Assembly: GCA_903839725.1 (NCBI GenBank)
Contig: CAIMDG010000001.1
Coordinates: 235,315 to 299,314, forward strand
Length of the DNA: 64,000 nucleotides
Source of the DNA: an uncultured bacterium
Lineage (GTDB): Bacteria; Patescibacteriota; Minisyncoccia; Phycocordibacterales; PALSA-1337
Reading direction: 5' to 3'
The notes beneath the pieces are model-generated. The model was not told where the DNA came from. It worked only from the letters and a program-made list of their open reading frames with translations, and searched no databases. This document shows positions 20,284 through 29,055 of this stretch, piece after piece; within the stretch, counting starts at the first letter, position 1, and every line of letters begins with the position of its first letter. The position numbers and the translations under genes are program-made.

Positions 20284-20850
20284 CTAATATTTCCTCACGA
20301 CACCCTTCACCACCGCACCAATCTTGAGGTCATATTCTGGGTATATATTCTTGAAATTTTTGTTGGCAGGCTCCAACCACACCTTGTTTCCTGTTTTACG
20401 ATAATATTTCATCGTCCACCCACCATCCACCTCAGCAATGACGATGTCACCATCTTTTGCGACAGTAGAACGCATAGCAATAACCAAGTCACCTTCTTGG
20501 ATACCTGCATCTATCATAGATTCACCTTTGACTTCGAGCATATATGAAGTTGACTTATCACTGATCAAATAGTCATCGAGACTAATCATATCGAGATCTT
20601 GTTCTTCAGCAGTAGTCGGAATACCCGCTTCAACCAAACCAAGAAGAGGTAATTCACCGATCATGCGCAATGGAGAAAGTCGCCCACTAGAATCTTTGGT
20701 CACAATGCCCTGTTCAACCAATTTGTTGATGAGCTTGTAGACCGCATTCTTGGACTTGAAACCGAGAATCTTCATAATCTCTGAGTACGTCGGCATACGA
20801 CGATTGTCTCGGTAGAATGAAAGTATTTTGTTCTGGTGTGATGAAGGCAT
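20284..20850 (-). CDS. lexA: LexA repressor
   Basis: N-terminal wHTH (MPTYSEI..SKNAV), Ala-Gly cleavage site (VEAGIP), GESM serine and TMKYY lysine. Confidence 0.92.
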   Translation of the reverse strand: MPSSHQNKILSFYRDNRRMPTYSEIMKILGFKSKNAVYKLINKLVEQGIVTKDSSGRLSPLRMIGELPLLGLVEAGIPTTAEEQDLDMISLDDYLISDKSTSYMLEVKGESMIDAGIQEGDLVIAMRSTVAKDGDIVIAEVDGGWTMKYYRKTGNKVWLEPANKNFKNIYPEYDLKIGAVVKGVVRKY

Positions 20851-20858
20851 ATATACTA

Positions 20859-21059
20859 TTAAAACATGAATGTGTGCATGAAGCTAAATGATCCAAACAT
20901 AGTTCTTTGTGGTGAAAGACGCTTGAGCTGAGCAATGAGGAACTTGTGACGACGAGCTTCACGGGCATATGATATCCCACGAATGATGCGGAGGTCTATT
21001 TCTTGGTTCAACTTATCGAGTTCACGACGAATGGTTTTGATTGTTTGGTGTTTGCTCAT
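20859..21059 (-). CDS. Small basic hypothetical protein, first gene of the lexA operon
   Basis: 66 aa starting MSKHQ; its stop is 8 nt from the lexA start. Confidence 0.7.
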   Translation of the reverse strand: MSKHQTIKTIRRELDKLNQEIDLRIIRGISYAREARRHKFLIAQLKRLSPQRTMFGSFSFMHTFMF

Positions 21060-21086
21060 ATGTGTAGGCTTAATTACTATGTGTAT

Positions 21087-21115
21087 AGTATAGGTGAACA
21101 ATCGTTCACCTGCAA
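21087..21115 (-). promoter_or_regulatory. Sigma70 promoter with LexA (SOS) box in the spacer
   Basis: Minus strand TTGCAG-N17-TATACT; the palindrome AGGTGAAC-AATC-GTTCACCT (21092-21111) has the GAAC-N4-GTTC LexA-type core. Confidence 0.85.
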
Positions 21116-21180
21116 GAGGTCAGGTGTGGATAACTCAAGAATACACTTGCATTCACACATAAATGTGTTATCATGGTTCC

Positions 21181-21323
21181 AGTAGCTCTTCACTTTCTGC
21201 CAACTGTAGGTCATCATAATGACCGAATAACGAGGCGCAGATGCCGCGCCTACAATGCCTTCCAAGGCAAGAGAAGTTGGTGGCAATCCAAACCACCCAG
21301 CACGAAGTCGTGCGGGTGGTTTT
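21181..21323 (+). ncRNA. Candidate structured small RNA ending in a terminator
   Basis: TTGCAT-N16-TATCAT promoter upstream, three internal hairpins and a terminal AAACCACCC...GGGTGGTTTT stem. Confidence 0.4.
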
Positions 21324-21331
21324 CTCTTATA

Positions 21332-22504
21332 TTAAAACAGTACCTTCTTTATAGCTTTGATAGTCGCATCAATGTCCCCTTTCTTTGACCATCTACCAAA
21401 TGAGAAACGAACCGAGGTAAGACTATCGGCACCTATAGATTTCAAAACATACGATTCATCCTCATCGCGTAGACAAGAACTTTTTGTAGAACAAGCGATT
21501 CCTTGAACATTGAGCTGAATAACAAAAAATTCATTGTCGATACGAGGAATAGAAACGTTCACGATATGCATTCCTGCACCGTTCACTTTCACTCCTTCAC
21601 GAACTGTTTGAATCTGCTTAATAAAATATTCACGTAGTTTACCAATACGAACTACTTCTGATTCACGCTCTACCGCCGCAATAGTAAGTGCTTTCGCAAA
21701 ACCCATAATTGCAGGAATATTTTCTGTACCTGGCCTCATTCCTGCCTCCTGACCTCCGCCATGAGTAACGTTCGCGATCGGTGTATTGCGCTTGATATAG
21801 AGAGCGCCAATCCCGCGTGGACCATATATTTTACTACTATCAAGTGTAAGGAGATCCACACCGAGTTTTTCTACATTCAATTCTTCATAGAGTGGTGCTT
21901 GTGCGGCATCAGTGTGAAAAATAGGATATTGGCATAACTGGAAATTGAATGGACTTTGTTCAGCATATTGCTTACGCGCGTTACGAACAATCTTGGCAAT
22001 CTCCCGAATCGGTTGTACAGAACCAATTTCATTGTTTACTGTCATGACCGAAACAATAACAGTATTCTTTTGTATCTTATTTTTGAGATCAGCGAGATCA
22101 ACAACGCCATGAGCATCAACGGCAACAACATCAAAAGATACATCGTACTCATTCAAGAAATTTGCACATTCACGCACTGACGAATGTTCAATAGCGCTAA
22201 TGACTACATGCATCGCTTCATATGGTACACCTTGAGCGCGCAGAGCTTGAATAGTACCAATGATGGCAATGTTATTTGCTTCAGTACCCCCAGAGGTAAA
22301 TGTTATTTCATCACTATGCGCATGAATGAAATCAGCGACTATGTTACGTGCATCTTGCAATGCTTTCTTTGCAGCAACACCTTCTGAATACAAAGATGAT
22401 GGATTGGCATACTTGTCCGAAGAATACAAAGTCACCTCGCGAATAACACGAGGATCTATAGGCGTTAATGAGGCGTAATCGAGATATATTCTGCGCTTGA
22501 TCAT
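21332..22504 (-). CDS. iscS: Cysteine desulfurase (IscS/NifS family)
   Basis: IYLDYAS, ANPSS, FTSGGTE, HTDAAQ, SSKIYGP (PLP lysine) and CSTKSSC; start moved to MIKRRIY. Confidence 0.92.
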   Translation of the reverse strand: MIKRRIYLDYASLTPIDPRVIREVTLYSSDKYANPSSLYSEGVAAKKALQDARNIVADFIHAHSDEITFTSGGTEANNIAIIGTIQALRAQGVPYEAMHVVISAIEHSSVRECANFLNEYDVSFDVVAVDAHGVVDLADLKNKIQKNTVIVSVMTVNNEIGSVQPIREIAKIVRNARKQYAEQSPFNFQLCQYPIFHTDAAQAPLYEELNVEKLGVDLLTLDSSKIYGPRGIGALYIKRNTPIANVTHGGGQEAGMRPGTENIPAIMGFAKALTIAAVERESEVVRIGKLREYFIKQIQTVREGVKVNGAGMHIVNVSIPRIDNEFFVIQLNVQGIACSTKSSCLRDEDESYVLKSIGADSLTSVRFSFGRWSKKGDIDATIKAIKKVLF

Positions 22505-22535
22505 ATAAATAAAATGTAGCATTAATTGAAAGAAG

Positions 22536-22653
22536 AACCAATAGGGGCACATGTACTTATTTTCTGCACAAGTTTAGAGACATGTACATTACATCGCGTA
22601 CCTCAATGTTTACAAACTTGTGCAGAAAATAAGTACATGTGCCCCTATTGGTT
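22536..22653. repeat. 118-bp hairpin element (perfect 40-bp arms, 38-nt loop)
   Basis: 22536-22575 is the exact reverse complement of 22614-22653. Confidence 0.92.
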
Positions 22654-22980
22654 TTTGATGTGGTATATGAAAACGCCACCACTTCTGGCAAGTGGCGGCG
22701 TGGTCCAAGGTTGATTCGTCCTCGCGGACGAATTATACATCAGATAGGTTGGGTTTGATTGCCAACCTCGTTTTTGATTGAAACTCAACGTATCAATGTG
22801 CGCCAGGGCACACGCCAGAATCATCCGGAAGTGCTCATGCATGGCCGCCGTGAATTCACGGGGTCTTGCAGAATTCCAACGGAAAGAGTGATACGTTGCA
22901 CCGATGCTCTGGGTAAACCAGAGTGTGCAAGCAGCTCCTACATACAGGAGCGGAAGAACATCAGTTGTGAAGATATTCAT
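22645..22980 (-). CDS. Orphan hypothetical protein between two hairpin elements
   Basis: ORF starting MNIFTTD with an N-terminal hydrophobic segment; its stop lies inside the left hairpin. Confidence 0.45.
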   Translation of the reverse strand: MNIFTTDVLPLLYVGAACTLWFTQSIGATYHSFRWNSARPREFTAAMHEHFRMILACALAHIDTLSFNQKRGWQSNPTYLMYNSSARTNQPWTTPPLARSGGVFIYHIKNQ

Positions 22981-23046
22981 ACCTAAAAAAAGTCTATAAC
23001 AAGGAGCATGTAATTGCAAGATGATGTAATACATAGCGACTAAGAA

Positions 23047-23156
23047 AACGGGGATGTATACACACTTTTTCTGTACAAGTTTGTAAACATTGAGGTACGC
23101 TGTGTAATGTAAGTGTCTCTAAACTTGTACAGAAAAAGTGTGTATGCACCCCCGTT
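23047..23156. repeat. 110-bp hairpin element (36-bp arms, 38-nt loop), inverted relative to 22536-22653
   Basis: Arms match at 34/36; the loop is the reverse complement of the first copy's loop at 34/38. Confidence 0.92.
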
Positions 23157-23202
23157 CTCTCCAACGATTCCTCAAAACAAAAATATATCGTATACTGGTG
23201 AT

Positions 23203-23688
23203 ATGAATTTTCAAACATTACTCAACAACCCACTTCTCATTGCCGTTATCATTCTTGCGATTGTAACCGTCATACTACTTGTATTACTTATCCTCATTCA
23301 TCTGAAACTCAAAAGATTTCTCGTCGGCGTTGATGCGCAACATATCGGAGATTCACTCGTAAATGTGTCTTCTGATGTTCGTGAATTGCAAGAATTCAGA
23401 ACTGAGCTCGAAAAGTATCTCACAGAGGTAGAACGTCGACTTAAAAAGAGTATTCAATCAGTGCACACAGTTCGTTTCAATCCATTCAAAGGTACTGGTG
23501 GTGGAGGCAATCAAAGCTTTGCTACCGCGTTTATCAACGAAGAAGGTGATGGTGTTGTTGTATCGAGTCTCTATTCTCGTGATCATGTAAGTGTATTTTC
23601 AAAGCCAGTCAAGAAACATGCTTCTGAATACGAATTGTCAGATGAAGAACGTGAAGTATTGGATGGTGCAAAGAAAGGATTGAAATAA
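23203..23688 (+). CDS. DUF4446-family protein
   Basis: N-terminal TM, VRFNPF..GGNQSF, GVVVSSLYSR..FSKPV; start moved to MNFQ after TATACT. Confidence 0.82.
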   Translation: MNFQTLLNNPLLIAVIILAIVTVILLVLLILIHLKLKRFLVGVDAQHIGDSLVNVSSDVRELQEFRTELEKYLTEVERRLKKSIQSVHTVRFNPFKGTGGGGNQSFATAFINEEGDGVVVSSLYSRDHVSVFSKPVKKHASEYELSDEEREVLDGAKKGLK

Positions 23689-23756
23689 ATATTATAGATT
23701 TGGCAACAAAAAAGAGGGTACTTAGTTCCCCTCTCGTGTTTCGAGTAACTACTGAA

Positions 23757-24104
23757 TTACGACAATTCTTCAAAAAAATTCGCGAGCAAACTTACTGGTT
23801 TCTGCTTATGTGCATTGCGAGGTATCTTCACGGGCACAGCCGGACATGTGATCGAGCTGGTCATGGGGACTTTCTGCAGAACACCAAATTCATTCTTGAG
23901 CCGATTAATGAATGAGCGAATCTTGTAGATGTCGCGCTCTTCGGTATCCTTGAATTCAATCGAAGGTTGCTTGCTAAACGAGTATCCAAAACTGATATTG
24001 ACGCGCTGCGACAAGCGAAACGATCGACGAAGGACCATTTCCCGGATTTGTTCAGCAATCTGTTTACCACGACGTTGACCGAAGCCGACGACAAGAATCT
24101 TCAT
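23757..24104 (-). CDS. Hypothetical protein
   Basis: 115-aa ORF with a downstream hairpin at about 23710-23735. Confidence 0.55.
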   Translation of the reverse strand: MKILVVGFGQRRGKQIAEQIREMVLRRSFRLSQRVNISFGYSFSKQPSIEFKDTEERDIYKIRSFINRLKNEFGVLQKVPMTSSITCPAVPVKIPRNAHKQKPVSLLANFFEELS

Positions 24105-24211
24105 AAATTTTATGTGTATGTTGTAGGTGAACTGCGTTGTTTAGTTAAAAATTACTATCTAAATAGTGAATTGTCAATAATAGCCTTTTCTGGTATGATG
24201 AATTTTCTATT

Positions 24212-25786
24212 ATGCCTAACAAAGATCAGCACAACCTGATTAGCCAGCCTGCGCGTGCAGGTCGCCCTCCTGTGGTTGTTATCATGGGTCACATTGACCA
24301 TGGTAAATCTACCCTTCTTGACTATGTACGCAAATCACACATCGTTGATGGTGAAGCAGGCGGTATCACACAACACGTTGGCGCGTATCAAGCAGAGCAT
24401 GTTGGAGCTGAAGGAAAAAAACATCTCATTACATTCTTGGATACACCCGGTCACGCAGCATTTTGTTCTATCCGTGAACGTGGTGCGCACGCAGCTGATG
24501 TGGCTATTCTCGTCGTATCAGCAGAAGATGGTGTCAAACCTCAAACTATCGAAGCGTACAAAAATATTAAAGCTGAGAAAATTCCCTACATTGTTGCTAT
24601 CAACAAGATCGACAAGCCAAACGCTGACATAGATCGCACAAAACAAAGTCTTGGTGAAAATGAAATATATGTTGAAGGTTGGGGTGGCGATATTCCCTGC
24701 GTTCCTATTTCTGCCTTGAATGGAACAGGTGTTTCAGAACTTCTCGATATGGTTATGCTTGTCGCAGAACTTGCTGACCTTTCTACTGATGCAAATGCAT
24801 CTGCATGTGGTTCGATCATCGAATCAGAACTTGATACACGCAAAGGTATTTCAGCAACACTTCTTATTAAGGATGGTACGTTAACCACAGGAACGGTAGT
24901 TGTTGCCGGTGGAGCATATGCACCAGTAAGATTTATTGAAAATTTCAAAGGTGAAAAGATTACTTCAGGTATTGCTTCAATGCCAGTTCGTATTCTCGGT
25001 TGGAATACTATACCTGCATGTGGAACAGACTTCATAACCGTAAAGACAAAGAAAGAGGCTGAGAAGATGGTTAGTGAATTTGAGGCTGAAGCTCGTCGCT
25101 CATCTTCAAAGACAGCTATCAATGTATCTGCGAAGAAGACTGAACAAGTTGGAGATGACAAGACTCCTCAGATTGTTATTATTCCTTTTGTTATCAAAAC
25201 TGACGTGATCGGTTCTCTCGAAGGTATCAAACATGAGCTCGCAAAAATCAAACAGGACAAAGTTGTCATCAAAATAGTTTCTGAAGGTATTGGCGAAATC
25301 AATGAAAATGATGTGAAGATTGCTGCTGGTGATCCAAACCTGATGCTTATTGGTTTCAATGCTGCACCTGACAAAAAAGCCGCAACTATGATCGAACGTT
25401 CTCCTACACCAATCCAGATCAAAAATTTCTCAATTATCTATGAGTTAACGAACTTTATTCAAGAACTTGTTACTTCAAAAATTCCAAAGGAATATATCGA
25501 AGAAGTCACTGGTCGTGCAAAAATCATGGCAGTATTCTCAAAGGACAAAGATAAACAAGTCGTTGGGGGTAAAGTTGAGACAGGTACGATTGAAATAGGT
25601 AGCGATGTCCGTATCATGCGTCGTGAGACCGAGATAGGTCGCGGAAGAATCCGTGAATTACAACAGCAAAAAAAGAAAGCTTCTGAAGTTCGTGAAGGAT
25701 ATGAATTTGGTACGCTCATTGATGCCAAGATTGAAATCGCGCCAGGAGATAGAGTTGAAGCCGTAAAAACAGTAGAGAAGAAATAA
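24212..25786 (+). CDS. infB: Translation initiation factor IF-2 (short, lacking the N-terminal domain)
   Basis: RPPVVVIMGHIDHGKST, GGITQH, DTPGHAAF and NKID. Confidence 0.98.
   Translation: MPNKDQHNLISQPARAGRPPVVVIMGHIDHGKSTLLDYVRKSHIVDGEAGGITQHVGAYQAEHVGAEGKKHLITFLDTPGHAAFCSIRERGAHAADVAILVVSAEDGVKPQTIEAYKNIKAEKIPYIVAINKIDKPNADIDRTKQSLGENEIYVEGWGGDIPCVPISALNGTGVSELLDMVMLVAELADLSTDANASACGSIIESELDTRKGISATLLIKDGTLTTGTVVVAGGAYAPVRFIENFKGEKITSGIASMPVRILGWNTIPACGTDFITVKTKKEAEKMVSEFEAEARRSSSKTAINVSAKKTEQVGDDKTPQIVIIPFVIKTDVIGSLEGIKHELAKIKQDKVVIKIVSEGIGEINENDVKIAAGDPNLMLIGFNAAPDKKAATMIERSPTPIQIKNFSIIYELTNFIQELVTSKIPKEYIEEVTGRAKIMAVFSKDKDKQVVGGKVETGTIEIGSDVRIMRRETEIGRGRIRELQQQKKKASEVREGYEFGTLIDAKIEIAPGDRVEAVKTVEKK
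24244..24261. repeat. Decayed 18-bp palindrome in infB (QPARAG)
   Basis: CCAGCCTGCGCGTGCAGG matches the consensus at 15/18, in the same frame. Confidence 0.65.
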
Positions 25787-25791
25787 ACTAT

Positions 25792-26115
25792 ATGAATCAA
25801 AAAGATGAAAAAATAAAAGAGATTATCCGTGAATTGGCAGCCACATATTTTTCGCGTGAATCAAATCGCCAATCACTCATCACTATTACCGATGTTGAAA
25901 TGCATAGTTGGGGTAGTAGAGCGGTGATACTCATGACGGTCCTACCTGAAGAAAAATCTCAGATCGCTCTTGAATTTGCACATCGTCAGCTCAATGACTT
26001 CCGTCAATACGTAAAAGATAATTCACGTCTCGGTAGAATCCCCTTCTTTGATGTTCAAATAGACATCGGCGAGAAGAATCGTCAAAAGATAGACGACTTA
26101 TCAAGAAATGTGTAG
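25792..26115 (+). CDS. rbfA: Ribosome-binding factor A
   Basis: Directly follows infB; LITITDV and RIPFFD..D motifs; expected size. Confidence 0.85.
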   Translation: MNQKDEKIKEIIRELAATYFSRESNRQSLITITDVEMHSWGSRAVILMTVLPEEKSQIALEFAHRQLNDFRQYVKDNSRLGRIPFFDVQIDIGEKNRQKIDDLSRNV

Positions 26116-26199
26116 TATAATCGTAAATATTAAAAATTAAATCTCAAATCTAGCCTCTTATATTTGAGATTTAAGATTTGATATTTGAGATTGCTCTAG

Positions 26200-26271
26200 G
26201 GCCACGTAGAAAAGTGGTAATTCGGAAGTCTGCAAAACTTCTATGCGCGAGTTCGATTCTCGCCGTGGCCT
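26200..26271 (+). tRNA. tRNA-Cys(GCA)
   Basis: GGCCACG/CGTGGCC acceptor stem, anticodon arm GAAGT-CTGCAAA-ACTTC, TTCGA T-loop, U discriminator. Confidence 0.95.
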
Positions 26272-26355
26272 CAAATCAGTAGAAAAAATTGGAATATAGA
26301 TTTATAAAAATCTGTATTTTTTAGTATCTGCAATTATTCATCTAACATAATATTA

Positions 26356-26877
26356 ATGCGAAAAAGAAGTTGGACAAAAGAAGATCTCGTAAAAGCGGTA
26401 ATAGAATCGAAGAGCGTGAGACAGACTATATCAAGGCTAAACCTTGTTGAAGCTGGTGGCAATTATAATCAAGTTAAGAAGTATATTAAATTATACAACT
26501 TAGATACATCACATTTTACTGGCTACACATGGAACAAAGGTATGTGTGGACGATATATGCCACTTATACCACTATCAAACATCTTAATAAGACATAGTGA
26601 ATTTCAAAGTTATAAACTTAAGAAACGTCTCTTCATCGAAAAAATCAAAACTCCCCAATGTGAAAACTGCGGTTGGGCAAAGAAATCAGAAGATGGTAGA
26701 ATCCCTCTTGAGCTTGACCATATCAATGGAGACAAGTACGATAATCGTATTGAGAACCTACGGGTTCTTTGTCCAAATTGTCATAGCTTACAACCTACAC
26801 ATCGAGGTAGAAATAAACACAAACGCCCGGGTGGTGAAATTGGTAAACACGTAACACTTAAAATGTTATCTTCGTAA
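26356..26877 (+). CDS. Free-standing HNH endonuclease
   Basis: CENCG..LELDHINGDKYDNRIENLRVLCPNCH zinc/HNH motif; lies between two tRNAs. Confidence 0.92.
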   Translation: MRKRSWTKEDLVKAVIESKSVRQTISRLNLVEAGGNYNQVKKYIKLYNLDTSHFTGYTWNKGMCGRYMPLIPLSNILIRHSEFQSYKLKKRLFIEKIKTPQCENCGWAKKSEDGRIPLELDHINGDKYDNRIENLRVLCPNCHSLQPTHRGRNKHKRPGGEIGKHVTLKMLSS

Positions 26878-26908
26878 GGAGTTGTGGGTTCGATTCCCAC
26901 CCCGGGCA
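26825..26908 (+). tRNA. tRNA-Leu(TAA)
   Basis: GCCCGGG/CCCGGGC acceptor stem, TAACA-CTTAAAA-TGTTA anticodon arm, long variable arm, GTTCGATTC. Confidence 0.95.
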
Positions 26909-26976
26909 CTCTGAATTTCATATATATTGTGAATATCTTTATAAACATTCCATTCTAAATTTGATATAATTTTTAT

Positions 26977-27213
26977 ATGAATAAAAAATCTTGTGAAAGT
27001 TGCTCTATGCCTTTTTCAAAAGATGTGGGCATGCGAGAGTCAGATCGATATTGTAGTCACTGTTTTAATCATGGCAAACTATGTTATGAAGGTAATGATT
27101 TGAAAGAGTTTCAAAGAGCATGTTACGAAAATATGGTCAAAGGAGGAATGAATACATGGAAAGCAAGATTATTTACTTTTCTGATTCGTTTTGCACCTCG
27201 TTGGAAGAAATAG
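26977..27213 (+). CDS. Zinc-ribbon domain protein
   Basis: CESCSMP, YCSHCF and C-terminal PRWK, typical of small putative zinc-ribbon proteins. Confidence 0.8.
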   Translation: MNKKSCESCSMPFSKDVGMRESDRYCSHCFNHGKLCYEGNDLKEFQRACYENMVKGGMNTWKARLFTFLIRFAPRWKK

Positions 27214-27651
27214 AAGAGGGTCAGGAGTTTCCTCCTGACCCAATCGACAGTTAAGTGGCCAATCCACTCATGTTTTTACGAGACTTTGTCCAGTTCTCAC
27301 CGGTTTTAGATGCAACTCATTTTCGATTACTGGTGTAACCGATCTCGAGGGGGTCATTCGGCTATTTTGGGTTGTCTGTCGGACAACACGTCTTATGGCC
27401 AACATAATTCTTCATAAATGACTACTGCCATAGTCATGTAATACGTCCAGAAGAATACTTGTGCCTGCGTCTTCCCCCGCCTGTTCCTGAGGGTTATCAT
27501 CTAACCCAAATCTAGATGTAATTATACACATAGCTACTATTTTTGCAATTACTTTTTAAGCGTCATATATGCATATACTCCTCAATTGACATTTCCTACA
27601 AAAGGAATAGATTTTAGGTAGCACACATGTGCTCATTGAAAAAGGAATCTT

Positions 27652-28215
27652 ATGTTTACACTCAAAGTCGGTGACTGGGTTATTCCCACAGCAGGACTCT
27701 TACCTATCGATTCGGAACAGCAACACAGGACGAAAGAACGGCGTAGTATCACTACGACGGAGCCGCTGCAGATCGAGTCAATTCCAGTCACGAAAAAAGA
27801 CGAAGAACAGTTAAAATTTCAGGGCATCAGAGGTCAGTTTTTGGCTTGCTTTTTCCAGCCGGTAAACAAGACTGCGATCACTATGCAGGGTAATGATCAA
27901 GGAAAACAAAATATCCTGTCACTTATCAAGGCGCATGGGGTGCAGAAAAAATCACCGACAATAGAAGTTGAGGTTGTGGTGAATGGCCGAACCTTTACAT
28001 TGTTAGGTTCGAAAGAACAAATAGTGGACATGGGCCTGACGTCGGTTGTATTGCTCTCCCCTGAAAGCACTCCAGATAATTTTATTTCTGCGACAACGGC
28101 CCCCAAGGAATTCGAGCTGGCGTTAGGTAAACTCGTCACTGGCGGCACTAAATTTTATACAGTGCTCCAGTCATCATGGGCTTTACCGGCGTTCATATGG
28201 GAGATTTGCCCATAA
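27652..28215 (+). CDS. Hypothetical protein
   Basis: 187-aa ORF with a TTGACA promoter-like site upstream. Confidence 0.55.
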   Translation: MFTLKVGDWVIPTAGLLPIDSEQQHRTKERRSITTTEPLQIESIPVTKKDEEQLKFQGIRGQFLACFFQPVNKTAITMQGNDQGKQNILSLIKAHGVQKKSPTIEVEVVVNGRTFTLLGSKEQIVDMGLTSVVLLSPESTPDNFISATTAPKEFELALGKLVTGGTKFYTVLQSSWALPAFIWEICP

Positions 28216-28394
28216 CGCCGAGGTCGTGATAGACTGCGTTTTCGACCAAATCCCTTTGTGATAAAACAGGACCATGGCATGAATCAGTTGGTAGTTGCAT
28301 AGAAGTAATGGCCTGAGAAACCATTACGTCACAAACAAGGTTTGGTAAGGAGTCCAGCGGGAGATTGATTTCCATCAATCTTCCGCTTTCTTAT

Positions 28395-28985
28395 TTATTT
28401 AAAGAAACTTTTTCGATGAATAGGAAGCTGTCCGTATTTTTTTATTGAAGCATAATGCCTTTTTGTTCCATACCCTTTATGTAGTTCAAAACCATATTCT
28501 GGATGTTTCTTACTAAGTGAATTCATTTTCCTATCGCGTAATACTTTTGCACAGATTGAAGCGAGTGCAATAACCATCTCTTTTTCATCTCCCTTAATAA
28601 TTGTCTTTTGGTTAATATATTCCACAGGTGCTTTGAGACCACCGTCGAGTAATACTTTTGCTTGAATAGGTCGAATTCCTAAACCATTCAATGATGTACA
28701 TAATGCTTTTTTTATCGCGTACGACAATCCTTTTACATCAATGATCTTTTCACTTTGAAATGTAACGTGAAAATCGACAAGGCCTACCCTTGTCGCTTCT
28801 TGAATAATCTTAAACCATTTCCCTCTTTGTTCTTCAGATAATTGTTTTGATTCCTTGACGCCACGAAACAATTTCTTCGCTTCAGGTTTCAAAAATACAA
28901 AAGCACCAACAGCAACTGGTCCTGCAATAGGGCCACGGCCAACTTCATCAATACCAATCGTATATCTAGGTTTATTCTGTAACAT
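28395..28985 (-). CDS. rnhB: Ribonuclease HII
   Basis: GIDEVGRGPIAGPV, ESKQL, KGD, ASICAKV.RD and HKGYGT. Confidence 0.97.
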   Translation of the reverse strand: MLQNKPRYTIGIDEVGRGPIAGPVAVGAFVFLKPEAKKLFRGVKESKQLSEEQRGKWFKIIQEATRVGLVDFHVTFQSEKIIDVKGLSYAIKKALCTSLNGLGIRPIQAKVLLDGGLKAPVEYINQKTIIKGDEKEMVIALASICAKVLRDRKMNSLSKKHPEYGFELHKGYGTKRHYASIKKYGQLPIHRKSFFK

Positions 28986-29055
28986 ATATTATATGTAAGC
29001 ATACTACAGATTCGTCAAACTTTTCACTTTTCACTTTTCACTGTAAACTGTTCCT

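Noticed and set aside
22526-23218. ORFs 22526-22714, 22994-23218 and the extended starts of iscS and DUF4446
   Set aside because: They translate the hairpin repeats (shared CTSLET..VPQCLQTC peptide) and are most likely repeat read-through.
27250-27500. Minus-strand gene between the zinc-ribbon gene and 27652
   Set aside because: The frames I read are broken by stops and show no recognisable homology; at most a decayed remnant.
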